Made by a program: the position numbers and the translations under genes. This document shows, in pieces, positions 50,203 through 59,700 of a DNA stretch of 64,000 bases. How positions within the stretch are numbered: position 1 is the stretch's first letter; each line of letters begins with the position of its first letter. The notes under the pieces are model-generated. The model made no database searches, was not told the origin of the DNA, and saw only the letters and a list, made by a program, of their open reading frames with translations. This stretch comes from Hydrurus foetidus (Eukaryota): the NCBI GenBank assembly GCA_900617105.1, contig UYFQ01000001.1, positions 3,534,001 through 3,598,000 of the forward strand. The letters are read 5' to 3'.

Positions 50203-51446
50203 AAATTGCCATGCTGATGAGTGTATTTGGAGAGCATGCAATTGGCGGAGCTGAGCGGTCTGCTGAAAAAAGTGCGCGCGAACTGGCGCGGCAGGGACAT
50301 CAGGTCAGCCTGTCGTCGCTGTCGGCGGCAGGAACCGCCGCTCCCCAGTCATTGCACGTTGACGGATTGACGCACGTACCGATTCCCCTGGCGCAACTCT
50401 ATGACCCTTACCGACTCGATGGCCAAAAACATAGACTTGCGGTGACGCACTCGTCGCTTGCCAAGGGGCTTTGGCATGCTATTGATGTTTACAACCCCAT
50501 CATGGGTGGGCGACTGGAAGCGTTGTGGCAACGGGATCGTCCGGATCTCGTCATCACGCATACCCTGCAAGGGTTTTCCGTCGCGGCCTGGCAGGCGGCG
50601 CGGCGGTGTGGCGCTGCGCTGATTCATGTTATCCACGACTATGCATTGATGTGCCCCGGAACGGCCATGACGCGTGGCACTGTTTCCTGTGATCGGCCCT
50701 GCACCCGTTGCGACATCTACGGACGCGCCAGACTGCTGGCGAGCCCGATGCCCAATGCTGTGATTGCGCCATCCCGGGCTGTCCTTGAGCGTCACCAGCG
50801 GTCTGGCTGGTTTGTCGGCGTAGCTGATCAGCGGGTGATTGAAAACTCGCGGGCGCCTGACTGGCCTGTGGTGACGCAACCCCGGCCCAGCACGGCCGCA
50901 CGACCGCTGCGATTCGGTTTTCTTGGCCGACTCGACGAGTCCAAAGGATTGGACACATTGCTTCAGGCCGCGTGCAGGTTGCCATCTGAGCAGTACGAAG
51001 TCCGGGTGGCGGGCCCAGGTGATCAGGCGTGGGTGCGGGCATTTATTGAGGCGAAAGGGTTGACACCAAACATCCGGCTCGATGGTGTTGTGCAGGCCGC
51101 CGACTTTCTCAACGAGATTGATGTGCTCGTCACACCGTCGCGTGCATGCGAAACCTTTTGCAACGTGGTCATGGAGGCCGCATGTTTAGGTATTCCCGCC
51201 ATCGTGTCTGACCGGGGGGCATTGCCGGAGCGAGTGGATTTGGGTGCATCCGGCTGGATATTTCCTGCGGGGGACCCGCAGGCGTTGGCACAGCTGATGC
51301 AGCTATGCCTGGATGATCGAGAAGATGTAGCGGAGCGTGGAGCTGCCGCGCTACAGACCCGGTCAAGGTACGACCCTGAACGACAAGTCGAGGCTTGGGC
51401 CAGACTGTGTGCTGACGTGCTGGCTCGCCATCGAGCGAGGCCATGA
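50199..51446 (+). CDS. Glycosyltransferase family 4
   Basis: TTG start overlapping wzx stop gives MKIAML; GGAERS, IHDY, GRLDESKG, ETFCNVVMEAA. Confidence 0.9.
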   Translation: MKIAMLMSVFGEHAIGGAERSAEKSARELARQGHQVSLSSLSAAGTAAPQSLHVDGLTHVPIPLAQLYDPYRLDGQKHRLAVTHSSLAKGLWHAIDVYNPIMGGRLEALWQRDRPDLVITHTLQGFSVAAWQAARRCGAALIHVIHDYALMCPGTAMTRGTVSCDRPCTRCDIYGRARLLASPMPNAVIAPSRAVLERHQRSGWFVGVADQRVIENSRAPDWPVVTQPRPSTAARPLRFGFLGRLDESKGLDTLLQAACRLPSEQYEVRVAGPGDQAWVRAFIEAKGLTPNIRLDGVVQAADFLNEIDVLVTPSRACETFCNVVMEAACLGIPAIVSDRGALPERVDLGASGWIFPAGDPQALAQLMQLCLDDREDVAERGAAALQTRSRYDPERQVEAWARLCADVLARHRARP

Positions 51447-52792
51447 ACGAAGCGGGCCGTACCAGTTTTAGTGGCGAGATATGGCGTACCGATCCGCTGA
51501 TTCCACCTGTCATTCAGCGGTGGACCTGGTTGGCACAGTGTGTTTGCTTGCTATTTCTGGCTACCCAGTTGTTTGGTGGGGTTATCCGCTGGGTTCTGGA
51601 CATGGTTGGGGCCACTGCAGCCACGTATTTACCCAATGTATTGATGCTTGGGTGCGTGATTTTTATTTTGATGATGGACGGCCTATACCAGCGTACCAGT
51701 CGTGGCCTGCTGTTGTTTGTCACGACAATCATGCTGAGCATGTTGGTTGGCTACATCAACATTGGCGGTGTCGTGCAGGTGGTTTTTGGAGCCTGGGTAC
51801 TGACCCCGTTTTTCTTTGGGATTGCCTGCGCGCCCGTGCTTTTAAGGCATAACCGATCGACGCTTTGGGTGCTGATCATTGCATTTGCTGTCGCTGCCGG
51901 AGGGGTGGTGGCGCATAGCTTCATCGCTTTTCCGTGGGTAGGAGTCAGCTATTCCATCGGTGGTGTAGAGCTTGAAGGTGCTCGCGAGTGGCAAACCACG
52001 GGTGGCGCCCAGCGATTGTCTGGGTTCGCCAGATCTTCCTTTGATGTGGCAGGACAGATTCTCATGGTTTCTGCCTTGCTTGCGCTGCAGATTCGTCGGG
52101 GAGTTTTTCGCTTGCTCATGTGGGGCCTTTCGTTGGCGGCAATTTCCCTGTCTACTTCCAAAGGTACGTTGCTGGCTCTGTTGATGACAGGTCTTGCGGC
52201 TGAGGCATTGATCCGTCGTAAGCCAGGGCAATTGCACTTTATTTTGACGCTTGGAATTGCATGGATGTTTGTTCCTCCTCTGATGGGCTGGACCATGGAT
52301 TGGAGTCAGGAGTCTCGTACTGATCTGAATCATCCCTTGTATGGATCTTTCATCGACCGGATGAACGATATGTGGCCCCGTGCCTGGCAATTGGGCGTGG
52401 ACCAAGGCTTGCCGCCATTGGGTCGTGGCATGGGCGGTATTGGCGTGCCTGTTTCCATGTTCGAACCGGGCCTTGCCAATGCCGGTGACAACCTGTTTGT
52501 TTATTGCCTGGTATTGCTGGGAGTTCTGTCGATTCCCTTGTTTGTGCTTGGCTATTTGGCTTTGTTCAAACTCTCTAGCCGTCTGCATTTGGAGGCGGTC
52601 AGGCAGGCGCTGGTCATTGCTGTGGCGGTAAATTGGTACGGTGGGGTCAGCAACATACTTGAGCACGCCGCGCTGGCATTTGGTTTTGGATTGGTCTGCC
52701 GTGCCGCTGTTGCGCAACTGTCGGGTGACTTGATGTGTGAGCGGTTGTCCGAGTCAGGTGACAAGACTGAGGGAGGTCAGAGAGTTTTATGA
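51443..52792 (+). CDS. Polytopic membrane protein, probable Wzy-type polymerase
   Basis: About 10-12 TM segments, RLSGF, SKG, late periplasmic loop with SFIDR and LGRGMGG; position in locus. Confidence 0.65.
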   Translation: MNEAGRTSFSGEIWRTDPLIPPVIQRWTWLAQCVCLLFLATQLFGGVIRWVLDMVGATAATYLPNVLMLGCVIFILMMDGLYQRTSRGLLLFVTTIMLSMLVGYINIGGVVQVVFGAWVLTPFFFGIACAPVLLRHNRSTLWVLIIAFAVAAGGVVAHSFIAFPWVGVSYSIGGVELEGAREWQTTGGAQRLSGFARSSFDVAGQILMVSALLALQIRRGVFRLLMWGLSLAAISLSTSKGTLLALLMTGLAAEALIRRKPGQLHFILTLGIAWMFVPPLMGWTMDWSQESRTDLNHPLYGSFIDRMNDMWPRAWQLGVDQGLPPLGRGMGGIGVPVSMFEPGLANAGDNLFVYCLVLLGVLSIPLFVLGYLALFKLSSRLHLEAVRQALVIAVAVNWYGGVSNILEHAALAFGFGLVCRAAVAQLSGDLMCERLSESGDKTEGGQRVL

Positions 52793-54036
52793 CGGCTCGC
52801 AATGTCTTGCGTCGTACCCTGCTACAGATCGTTCCCGCATGCTGGCTGGGCCCTGCAATTGCAGCAACTTCAATGGTGCCGGTGAGCGCTCCGCCACCGC
52901 CTGTGTTACTGCGCGACCGGCTGCAAATTGGTGTTGCCACTCATTACGGAATGCGTGGTGAATCCATAAAAACATTTAACGCATTAGCTGCCATGGGTGT
53001 GGACGGATTGCGTGACGAAGCTTACTGGGATCATGTTGAGAGCCCAGCGGGTACGTTGACTGTTCCTAAGCAGGTGGGGGAATGGTATGACTTGGCCATG
53101 CGTTCGCGCATGCAAGCGCTGTTGTTGCTGAGTTACACGCATCCCGCCTATCAAAACGGCGCCCGCCCAACCACAGCTGCTGGACGTAATGGATTTGTAC
53201 GGTATGCGGCATTTGTTGCCCGTGCCTTGCCTGGTGTACGGCAATTTCAGATTTGGAACGAGTGGGAACTCGTCAGCAAATTTGGAGAGCCTGGTTTGGC
53301 AGAAAACTATCTGAGCCTGGTTCGCGAGGTTGCACCGGTGCTGCGTGCGGAACGTCCCGGGGCTCTGATACTGCCGGCCGGCGTACACCGCGCAGGTTTT
53401 TTCAATGGGTATCTCGAATCTTTGGTGCGCGGTGGGCTGCTTGGAATGGTTGACGGTATCGCCTTACACACTTACCGGTTTTCAGAGTCAGACCCATCAC
53501 CAGAAGCCTGGTACGCCGAGATGCGCCGATTAGGCGAGCTCATCGCCGTATGGGACCCTCATCGTGGACCGTCTGCAGCGCTGTATGTAACTGAAATGGG
53601 GTTCCCATCCCATCGGGGACGGCATGGTGTGACGCCGGCGCTTCAAGCCGACTATCTTGAGCGGTGTTTGCTACTGGCGCTGCTTGTCCCCAGGCTTCGT
53701 GGATTTTGGTGGTATGGCCTCAGAGATAAGGGGTATGTGCCTTGGGAAAGCGAACATCACTATGGGCTGCTGGAGCCAGACGGCACGCCCAAGCCATCTT
53801 CGTTGCGATTGAAGGTTTTGTTGGAGCGATTGCGCGGCGTTAGCCGCGTCGAGCTCATCAGTCAGCAATCGGACTGCTGGGCCGTGCAACTGGAGATGGC
53901 CGACGGTAGCGTCTGGTTGGCGCAGTGGTCGCCAGTAGCCGACAGGTCCGGCGCGGTCACCCACACTGAGCTTGGCCCTCGACCGGCCCGGTCGCTGCTC
54001 AGGCCGCCGCGACCATTCAAAGGCGCCAAACGGTAA
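52789..54036 (+). CDS. Tat-exported clan GH-A glycoside hydrolase (GH5/GH39-like)
   Basis: LRRTLL twin-arginine signal; IWNE acid/base, LHTY, VTEMG nucleophile, WYGLRD, HYGLL..DGTPKP. Confidence 0.8.
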   Translation: MTARNVLRRTLLQIVPACWLGPAIAATSMVPVSAPPPPVLLRDRLQIGVATHYGMRGESIKTFNALAAMGVDGLRDEAYWDHVESPAGTLTVPKQVGEWYDLAMRSRMQALLLLSYTHPAYQNGARPTTAAGRNGFVRYAAFVARALPGVRQFQIWNEWELVSKFGEPGLAENYLSLVREVAPVLRAERPGALILPAGVHRAGFFNGYLESLVRGGLLGMVDGIALHTYRFSESDPSPEAWYAEMRRLGELIAVWDPHRGPSAALYVTEMGFPSHRGRHGVTPALQADYLERCLLLALLVPRLRGFWWYGLRDKGYVPWESEHHYGLLEPDGTPKPSSLRLKVLLERLRGVSRVELISQQSDCWAVQLEMADGSVWLAQWSPVADRSGAVTHTELGPRPARSLLRPPRPFKGAKR

Positions 54037-55300
54037 ATCCTACTGACTCCAGTGCTGCCCTCGGCTGCACCGATTTCACATCAATCAGCACCGGTTTGTC
54101 GCCGCGCGTCGTAGCCCTGAGGTCTTCCGGCGTCAAGTCTCGGTAAATACTATGCGAGACCGCAATCACCAATGCGTCAACGGGATGCGCAGCATCGATC
54201 GGCTCCAGCTCCATTTGGTAGTGGCTGCGCAGGTCTTCGCTATCTGCATGGGGATCTGACACCACAACTTTTACACCGTAGTCTTCGAACTCCCGGATCA
54301 TGTCTATAACTTTTGAGTTGCGCGTGTCGGGGCAGTTTTCCTTGAAGGTGATGCCCATGACACCAATCCTGGAGCGGGCTACGTCAATGCCTTGCGCCAG
54401 CATCAGCTTGATGGTGTTGCGTGCCACGTAACGCCCCATGTTGTCGTTGATTCGCCGGCCTGCCAGGATAACTTGCGGAATATAGCCCAGTTTTTCTGCC
54501 TTATAAGTAAGGTAGTAAGGGTCCACGCCTATGCAATGGCCGCCCACCAGACCAGGCCGGAATGACAAAAAGTTCCATTTGCTGCTTGCAGCGTCAAGTA
54601 CTTCCTGGGTGTCTATGTCCATGCGCTTGAAAACCACCGAAAACTCATTCATCAGCGCAATGTTCAGGTCGCGCTGGGTGTTTTCAATCACCTTGGCTGC
54701 TTCAGCAACCCGGATGGAGCTGGTACGGTGGACTCCGGCAGTCACTACGGCTGCATACACATCGGCCACGATGTCCAGCGTGGCGGCATCGGAGCCCGAC
54801 ACAATTTTCTTGACCTTGGCAAAAGTATGTTCGCGGTCGCCCGGATTGATTCGCTCCGGGCTGTAGCCTACTGTGAAGTCTGTACCGAACTTCATGCCCG
54901 AACAGGCTTCAAGCACCGGCACACAGTCTTCTTCGGTGGCACCTGGGTAAACCGTCGACTCATAAACCACGACAGCGCCCGGCTTAAGCGCTGTCGCCAC
55001 TGACCTCGATGCTGCCAGTAGCGGGCCAAGATCAGGTTTGTTGCCGGCACTTACCGGTGTGGGCACTGCCACAATGAAGAAGTCGCTGCCTTGCAGGTCA
55101 GCCACGTCGTCCGTGAACAGGACGTCTGCAGCCTCCATATCCGCCGCGCTGACCTCACGGGTGCTGTCGTATCCCGCCTTCAGCTCGGCAATGCGCTGGG
55201 CTTTGGTGTCGAAGCCTACAACGTGAAATAGCTTGCCGAAGGCGACGGCCACGGGAAGCCCGACATATCCAAGGCCGATCATTGCGATTTTGCGGTTCAT
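54017..55300 (-). CDS. Nucleotide-sugar dehydrogenase (UDP-HexNAc 6-dehydrogenase, TviB/WbpO-like)
   Basis: IGLGYVGLP, YESTVYPG, YSPERINPGD, GGHCIGVDP, TFKENCPD. Confidence 0.93.
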   Translation of the reverse strand: MNRKIAMIGLGYVGLPVAVAFGKLFHVVGFDTKAQRIAELKAGYDSTREVSAADMEAADVLFTDDVADLQGSDFFIVAVPTPVSAGNKPDLGPLLAASRSVATALKPGAVVVYESTVYPGATEEDCVPVLEACSGMKFGTDFTVGYSPERINPGDREHTFAKVKKIVSGSDAATLDIVADVYAAVVTAGVHRTSSIRVAEAAKVIENTQRDLNIALMNEFSVVFKRMDIDTQEVLDAASSKWNFLSFRPGLVGGHCIGVDPYYLTYKAEKLGYIPQVILAGRRINDNMGRYVARNTIKLMLAQGIDVARSRIGVMGITFKENCPDTRNSKVIDMIREFEDYGVKVVVSDPHADSEDLRSHYQMELEPIDAAHPVDALVIAVSHSIYRDLTPEDLRATTRGDKPVLIDVKSVQPRAALESVGFTVWRL

Positions 55301-55346
55301 GCGTGTCCTTTGGTTGGCCGGTGGTTTCAACTAATTAGCAAGACGC

Positions 55347-56039
55347 TCAGGAAGCAAACACATCCACGCGGTCAAACCGGTACCCGTAGCCGTAAATAGG
55401 TACCAGCTTCCAGCCCTTGCTGCCGTCTAGCAGCAGCTTCTTGCGAAGCCGACTGATATGGGTGTCTACGGTTCGGGTATCGACGTCTGTATTGAGACCC
55501 CAGACCTTGTTAAGCAGATGATCTCGGGACAGCAATTTGCTGGGATTCTGCAAGATGTATACCGATAGATCGAACTCTTTTTGGGTCATCACCACCTGCT
55601 GGTTGTCAATCGACACAGTGTGGCGCTGCATGTCAGCCTCGTAGGCACCCAGACGCAAAATGGAAAGTCCGCTGGGCTTGGCGCGCCTCGTCACAGCTGT
55701 CAGCCGGGCCAGGAGTTCGGTCAGCCTCGGCGGTTTCACGACATAGTCATCAGCGCCCGCGCCGAGGGCTGTGATGACATTTTCTTCGTCCTCATGTGCA
55801 GTAACCACCACAATGGGCATATCCCAACCCAGGTTTTGACGGACCCAATGCAAAACATCAGCGCCGTTTCCGTCTGGAAGCATCCAATCCAGTAAGAGCA
55901 GGTCGAAACGCTCCTGTTTCAATGCGTCGATGCAATCCGCCTGAGTGCCAAAGCCCCTCGACGTATGCCGCACACCCTCCAGCCAGAGAGCCATCAGCTC
56001 GCGCTGATCAGCGTCATCCTCAAGTATCGCAATGTGCAT
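55347..56039 (-). CDS. OmpR/PhoB family response regulator
   Basis: REC (LEDD, LDWMLP, DYVVKP) plus winged helix RTVDTHISRLRKKL, YGYGYR. Confidence 0.94.
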   Translation of the reverse strand: MHIAILEDDADQRELMALWLEGVRHTSRGFGTQADCIDALKQERFDLLLLDWMLPDGNGADVLHWVRQNLGWDMPIVVVTAHEDEENVITALGAGADDYVVKPPRLTELLARLTAVTRRAKPSGLSILRLGAYEADMQRHTVSIDNQQVVMTQKEFDLSVYILQNPSKLLSRDHLLNKVWGLNTDVDTRTVDTHISRLRKKLLLDGSKGWKLVPIYGYGYRFDRVDVFAS

Positions 56040-56255
56040 GGTGTGAAGCCTGACTGTGTTCGGGCGGAAAGTCAGCGTAACTGCCGCTGTATTTACGCCC
56101 TATCAAATATGTGGTCATTGTTGTTGTGTAGTTCAAAATTTACTCTTTAATGACCTCGGTAAATTATTGTTTAAGTCAGCCTTTACTCAAATTTGATCTT
56201 AATGATAAAATCGCTAAATAAATTTAAAAAATGACAAATACGTAAAATAAAGAAC

Positions 56256-56714
56256 ATGATTGCAAAAAAATCAATACTCGTTGTAGAAGACAACCCCGAC
56301 CATTTGGAGCTTACAGTTCTGGCGCTTGGAGAGCTCGGCGTGACCACAGAAATAGTTGTGGCGCGGGACGGTGCGGGCGCGCTCGACTATCTTTTCGGCC
56401 AGGGTGAGCATGCCGGTCGAGACACAAAAAGGCAGCCCCACCTGGTACTGCTCGACATGCGCCTGCCCAAGCTTTCTGGGCTGGACGTGCTTCGCAGCAT
56501 CAGGGCCAATCCCCTGACTTCCATTGTCCCGGTGGTGATGTTGACGTCATCCAGTGAGTACTCAGACATGGTGGACAGCTACCAAAGCGGGGCCAATGGC
56601 TTCGTTCGCAAATCTGTTGATTTTGAAGCCTTCATTGACAAGCTCAATTGCCTGCAAGCCTTTTGGCTGGGTGTGAACGAAATTGTTGATTCCGGGCTAG
56701 CGCGGCTTACGTGA
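56256..56714 (+). CDS. Single-domain response regulator (Rcp1-like)
   Basis: VEDNPDH, LLDMRLPKLSG, PVVMLTSS, GANGFVRK. Confidence 0.92.
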   Translation: MIAKKSILVVEDNPDHLELTVLALGELGVTTEIVVARDGAGALDYLFGQGEHAGRDTKRQPHLVLLDMRLPKLSGLDVLRSIRANPLTSIVPVVMLTSSSEYSDMVDSYQSGANGFVRKSVDFEAFIDKLNCLQAFWLGVNEIVDSGLARLT

Positions 56715-56729
56715 TGAAAGTGGTTTGGC

Positions 56730-59700
56730 ATGAAGGTTTTTACATCGCTTCGCAGCCTTCTTGTTGGTCTGGTGGTGGCTGCCATTACGCCGTTGTTTGT
56801 TTTTTCTGTGATCAGGTCTATTGCCAACACCGAGCGAGACCTTGCCACGGCCCAACGGGATGTTGAGTTCACCGCCACGGCGGTTGCCCACACCCAGGAA
56901 CGGGTCGCTGACTCTGCCCGCCAATTGTTGGTGTCTGTTGCTAGCGTTCCTAAGCTGGTTGACCTTGCCGGTGGAAGGTGTGCCGACTATTTCAGGGCGC
57001 TCGGTGAAGTCCTGCCTGGTTACACCAACATCGGTGTGATTTCTGCCAATGGGAACCTGCTGTGCCATGCGGTGGTAACGGGCGTGGGCGACTACGTAGG
57101 TGACCGGGAATATTTTCAGGCAGCGCTGGCGCGTGACGGTTTTGTAGCCAGTGGTTATTTGGTGGGGCGCGTCAGCAAGAAACCTCTGGTTGCTTTTGCG
57201 CTGCCGATTAAGGATGCGCAAGGGAGGGCCACAGCAGTGGCTTTCGCGGCACTTGACTTCCACGAACTAGCCAAAGCAGTTGGCGACATCAAGCTGACCC
57301 CAGGCAGTCACTTGATCATCATGGATCGTGCTGGCATTGTGCTTGCAGAAAATATTAAGCCATCGACCGCTGTGGGCAAATTGGTGGACAACCCGCTGCT
57401 TCTTAAGGCGATCCAGTCTGGTGCCCAAGGCATACTAAAAGGTCCCGACTCAAACGGGACGCCAAAAATTTACGCACTGGCCCAGACAACGCCGGCCAGC
57501 GACTCAGCATTTTTTGTTGCAGTCGGCATCGATACGGCTGCGATGGTGGGTCAGGCCCGACGGGATCTGGCACTTGAGCTAATTGTGCTGCTGCTCGTGA
57601 CGGCCCTGGGTGGTTTGATGGCCTGGATGATGGGTGGTCGCGTCATCATCAAGCCCACCCTGAAGGTGCTGGAAGCGACGCGTGACATTCAGTCTGGGCG
57701 GCTGGACGCGCGGATCCCTATTGTTGGTGGCCCGGACCATGAGCTTGTCATGATCTCAGTTGGCTTTAACCAGATGGCCGATACGCTCCAGCAGAGAGAA
57801 ACCGACTTGATCCTTGAACTGAGCCGCAGCGAACAGGCCTGGGAGACACTGGATCTGGTCGTGAACAGCCTGCAGGACGGCCTGATTGCGGTTGATTCGC
57901 AAGCGCGCATCTTGCTGATCAACGCCTCGGCGTGTCGGGTTTTCGATCTGGATTTTTCCATCACGCCAGTATCAGGCTTGTGGCCGCAGCGGCTAGGGCT
58001 GTTCGTCCCCGGGACAAATGACTTGTATGCATTGGAGGACTTGCCGCTGTACAAGGCACTTCAGGGCGAGAGCGGCGGGCCGCAGCATATCTGGGTGAAA
58101 AACTACGTGGTGCCAGAGGGCAGACTCATCAGCGTCCGTTACCAGCCCATGAGCGATCGTCGGGGAGAAGCGGGCGGGCTGATGGTGTTCAGTGACATCA
58201 CGGAGCTTGACAAACTTCAGCAGGAACAGGCGAAAAGTTATGCGGCGCTGCGTGAGTCGCAGCGCAGGCTGCTGGATGCGCAGCGTATGGGACGTATTGG
58301 CCATTGGGAGTTTGACCATGCCAGCCAACGCCTGACCTGGTCCGACGAGGTTTACACCCTGTGGGGCGTAACGCCGGACTCGTTTGATGGCCGCTTTGAA
58401 ACCGTACTTGAAAGGATTCACCCGATTGACCGTGCCAAATTCAAGCAGGACAGCGAAGAAGCCATGCGCAACCACTTGGAGCTGGACCATGAATTTCGTG
58501 TGGTGACGCCGCAGGGCCAGGTGCGCTGGCTGCACCAGATCAGCAAAACGCACGTCAATGAAGAAGGGGTGGCGGTTTATCGCGCCGGTGTTGGGCAAGA
58601 CATCACGGAACGCAAGCAGTCAGAGCTGGCTTTGGCCCGTAGCACGGATCTTTTGCAACGCACCGGAGAAATGGCTCTGATTGGCGGTTGGGAACTCGCC
58701 TTCGACCCACTGACCACACACTGGACCGACGAGATTTTCCGCATCTTTGAGTGTGATCCGGCGGACGGGATGAGTTGGCGTCAGGCAATGCGGTTTTTTG
58801 CGCCGGAGGCACAACCCGGGTTGCGAAAAGCGCTGCGTGCAGTCATGGCGAACGGCACTCCCTGGGATATTGAGCTCACCCTGATAACCGCCAAAGGGCG
58901 GCGTATCTGGGTTCGTACCCAAGGTGAGCGGGTGTATGTACGAGGGAGGCTTGTCGGGCTTTCAGGTGCCTTGCAAGACATCACCAGCCAGCACAATGTG
59001 ATAGAGCAGTTGCGCTTGTTAGAGACCTGTGTGTCACGCTTGAACGACATTGTGCTGATCACTGAGGCCGAGCCTTTAAATGATCCGGGTCCGCGCATTG
59101 TTTTTGTCAACGATGCTTTTGAGCGCCGGACCGGCTACAGCCGTGAAGAAGTGATGGGCAAGTCGCCCCGACTTTTGCAGGGGCCGAAAACCCAGCGCGC
59201 CGAGCTTGACCGCATTGATGCGGCACTTAAAAAATGGCAGCCTGTACGATCAGAGTTGATCAACTACACCAAAAACGGTGAAGAATTCTGGATCGAGCTT
59301 GACATTGTGCCGGTAGCAAACGAATCGGGCTGGTACACCCATTGGGTGGCTGTTGAACGCGACATAACCCAACGCAAACTTGCCGAGCAGGCATTAACAG
59401 ACAGCGAGCAACGCCACGTGGCATTGTTTGAGACCGCGCCTGTGCCTATGTGGGTCGCTGACACACAGACTGGGCGTTTCCTGATAGTTAACAGCGCCGC
59501 CAGTCAGGCCTATGGTTACACAATCGAGCAAATGTTGTCGATGACACTCGACGATATTCGTCCTGAATCAGAACATGCGCGATTGCGAAAAGCCCTGGCC
59601 GAAGTTGTGCCTGGGTCAGAACGAGAAAGAACCTCGCTGCACCGCCGCAAAGACGGGTCAATTTTTCCAGTTAGTCTATTTGCAAGTTTGGTCCAGTATG

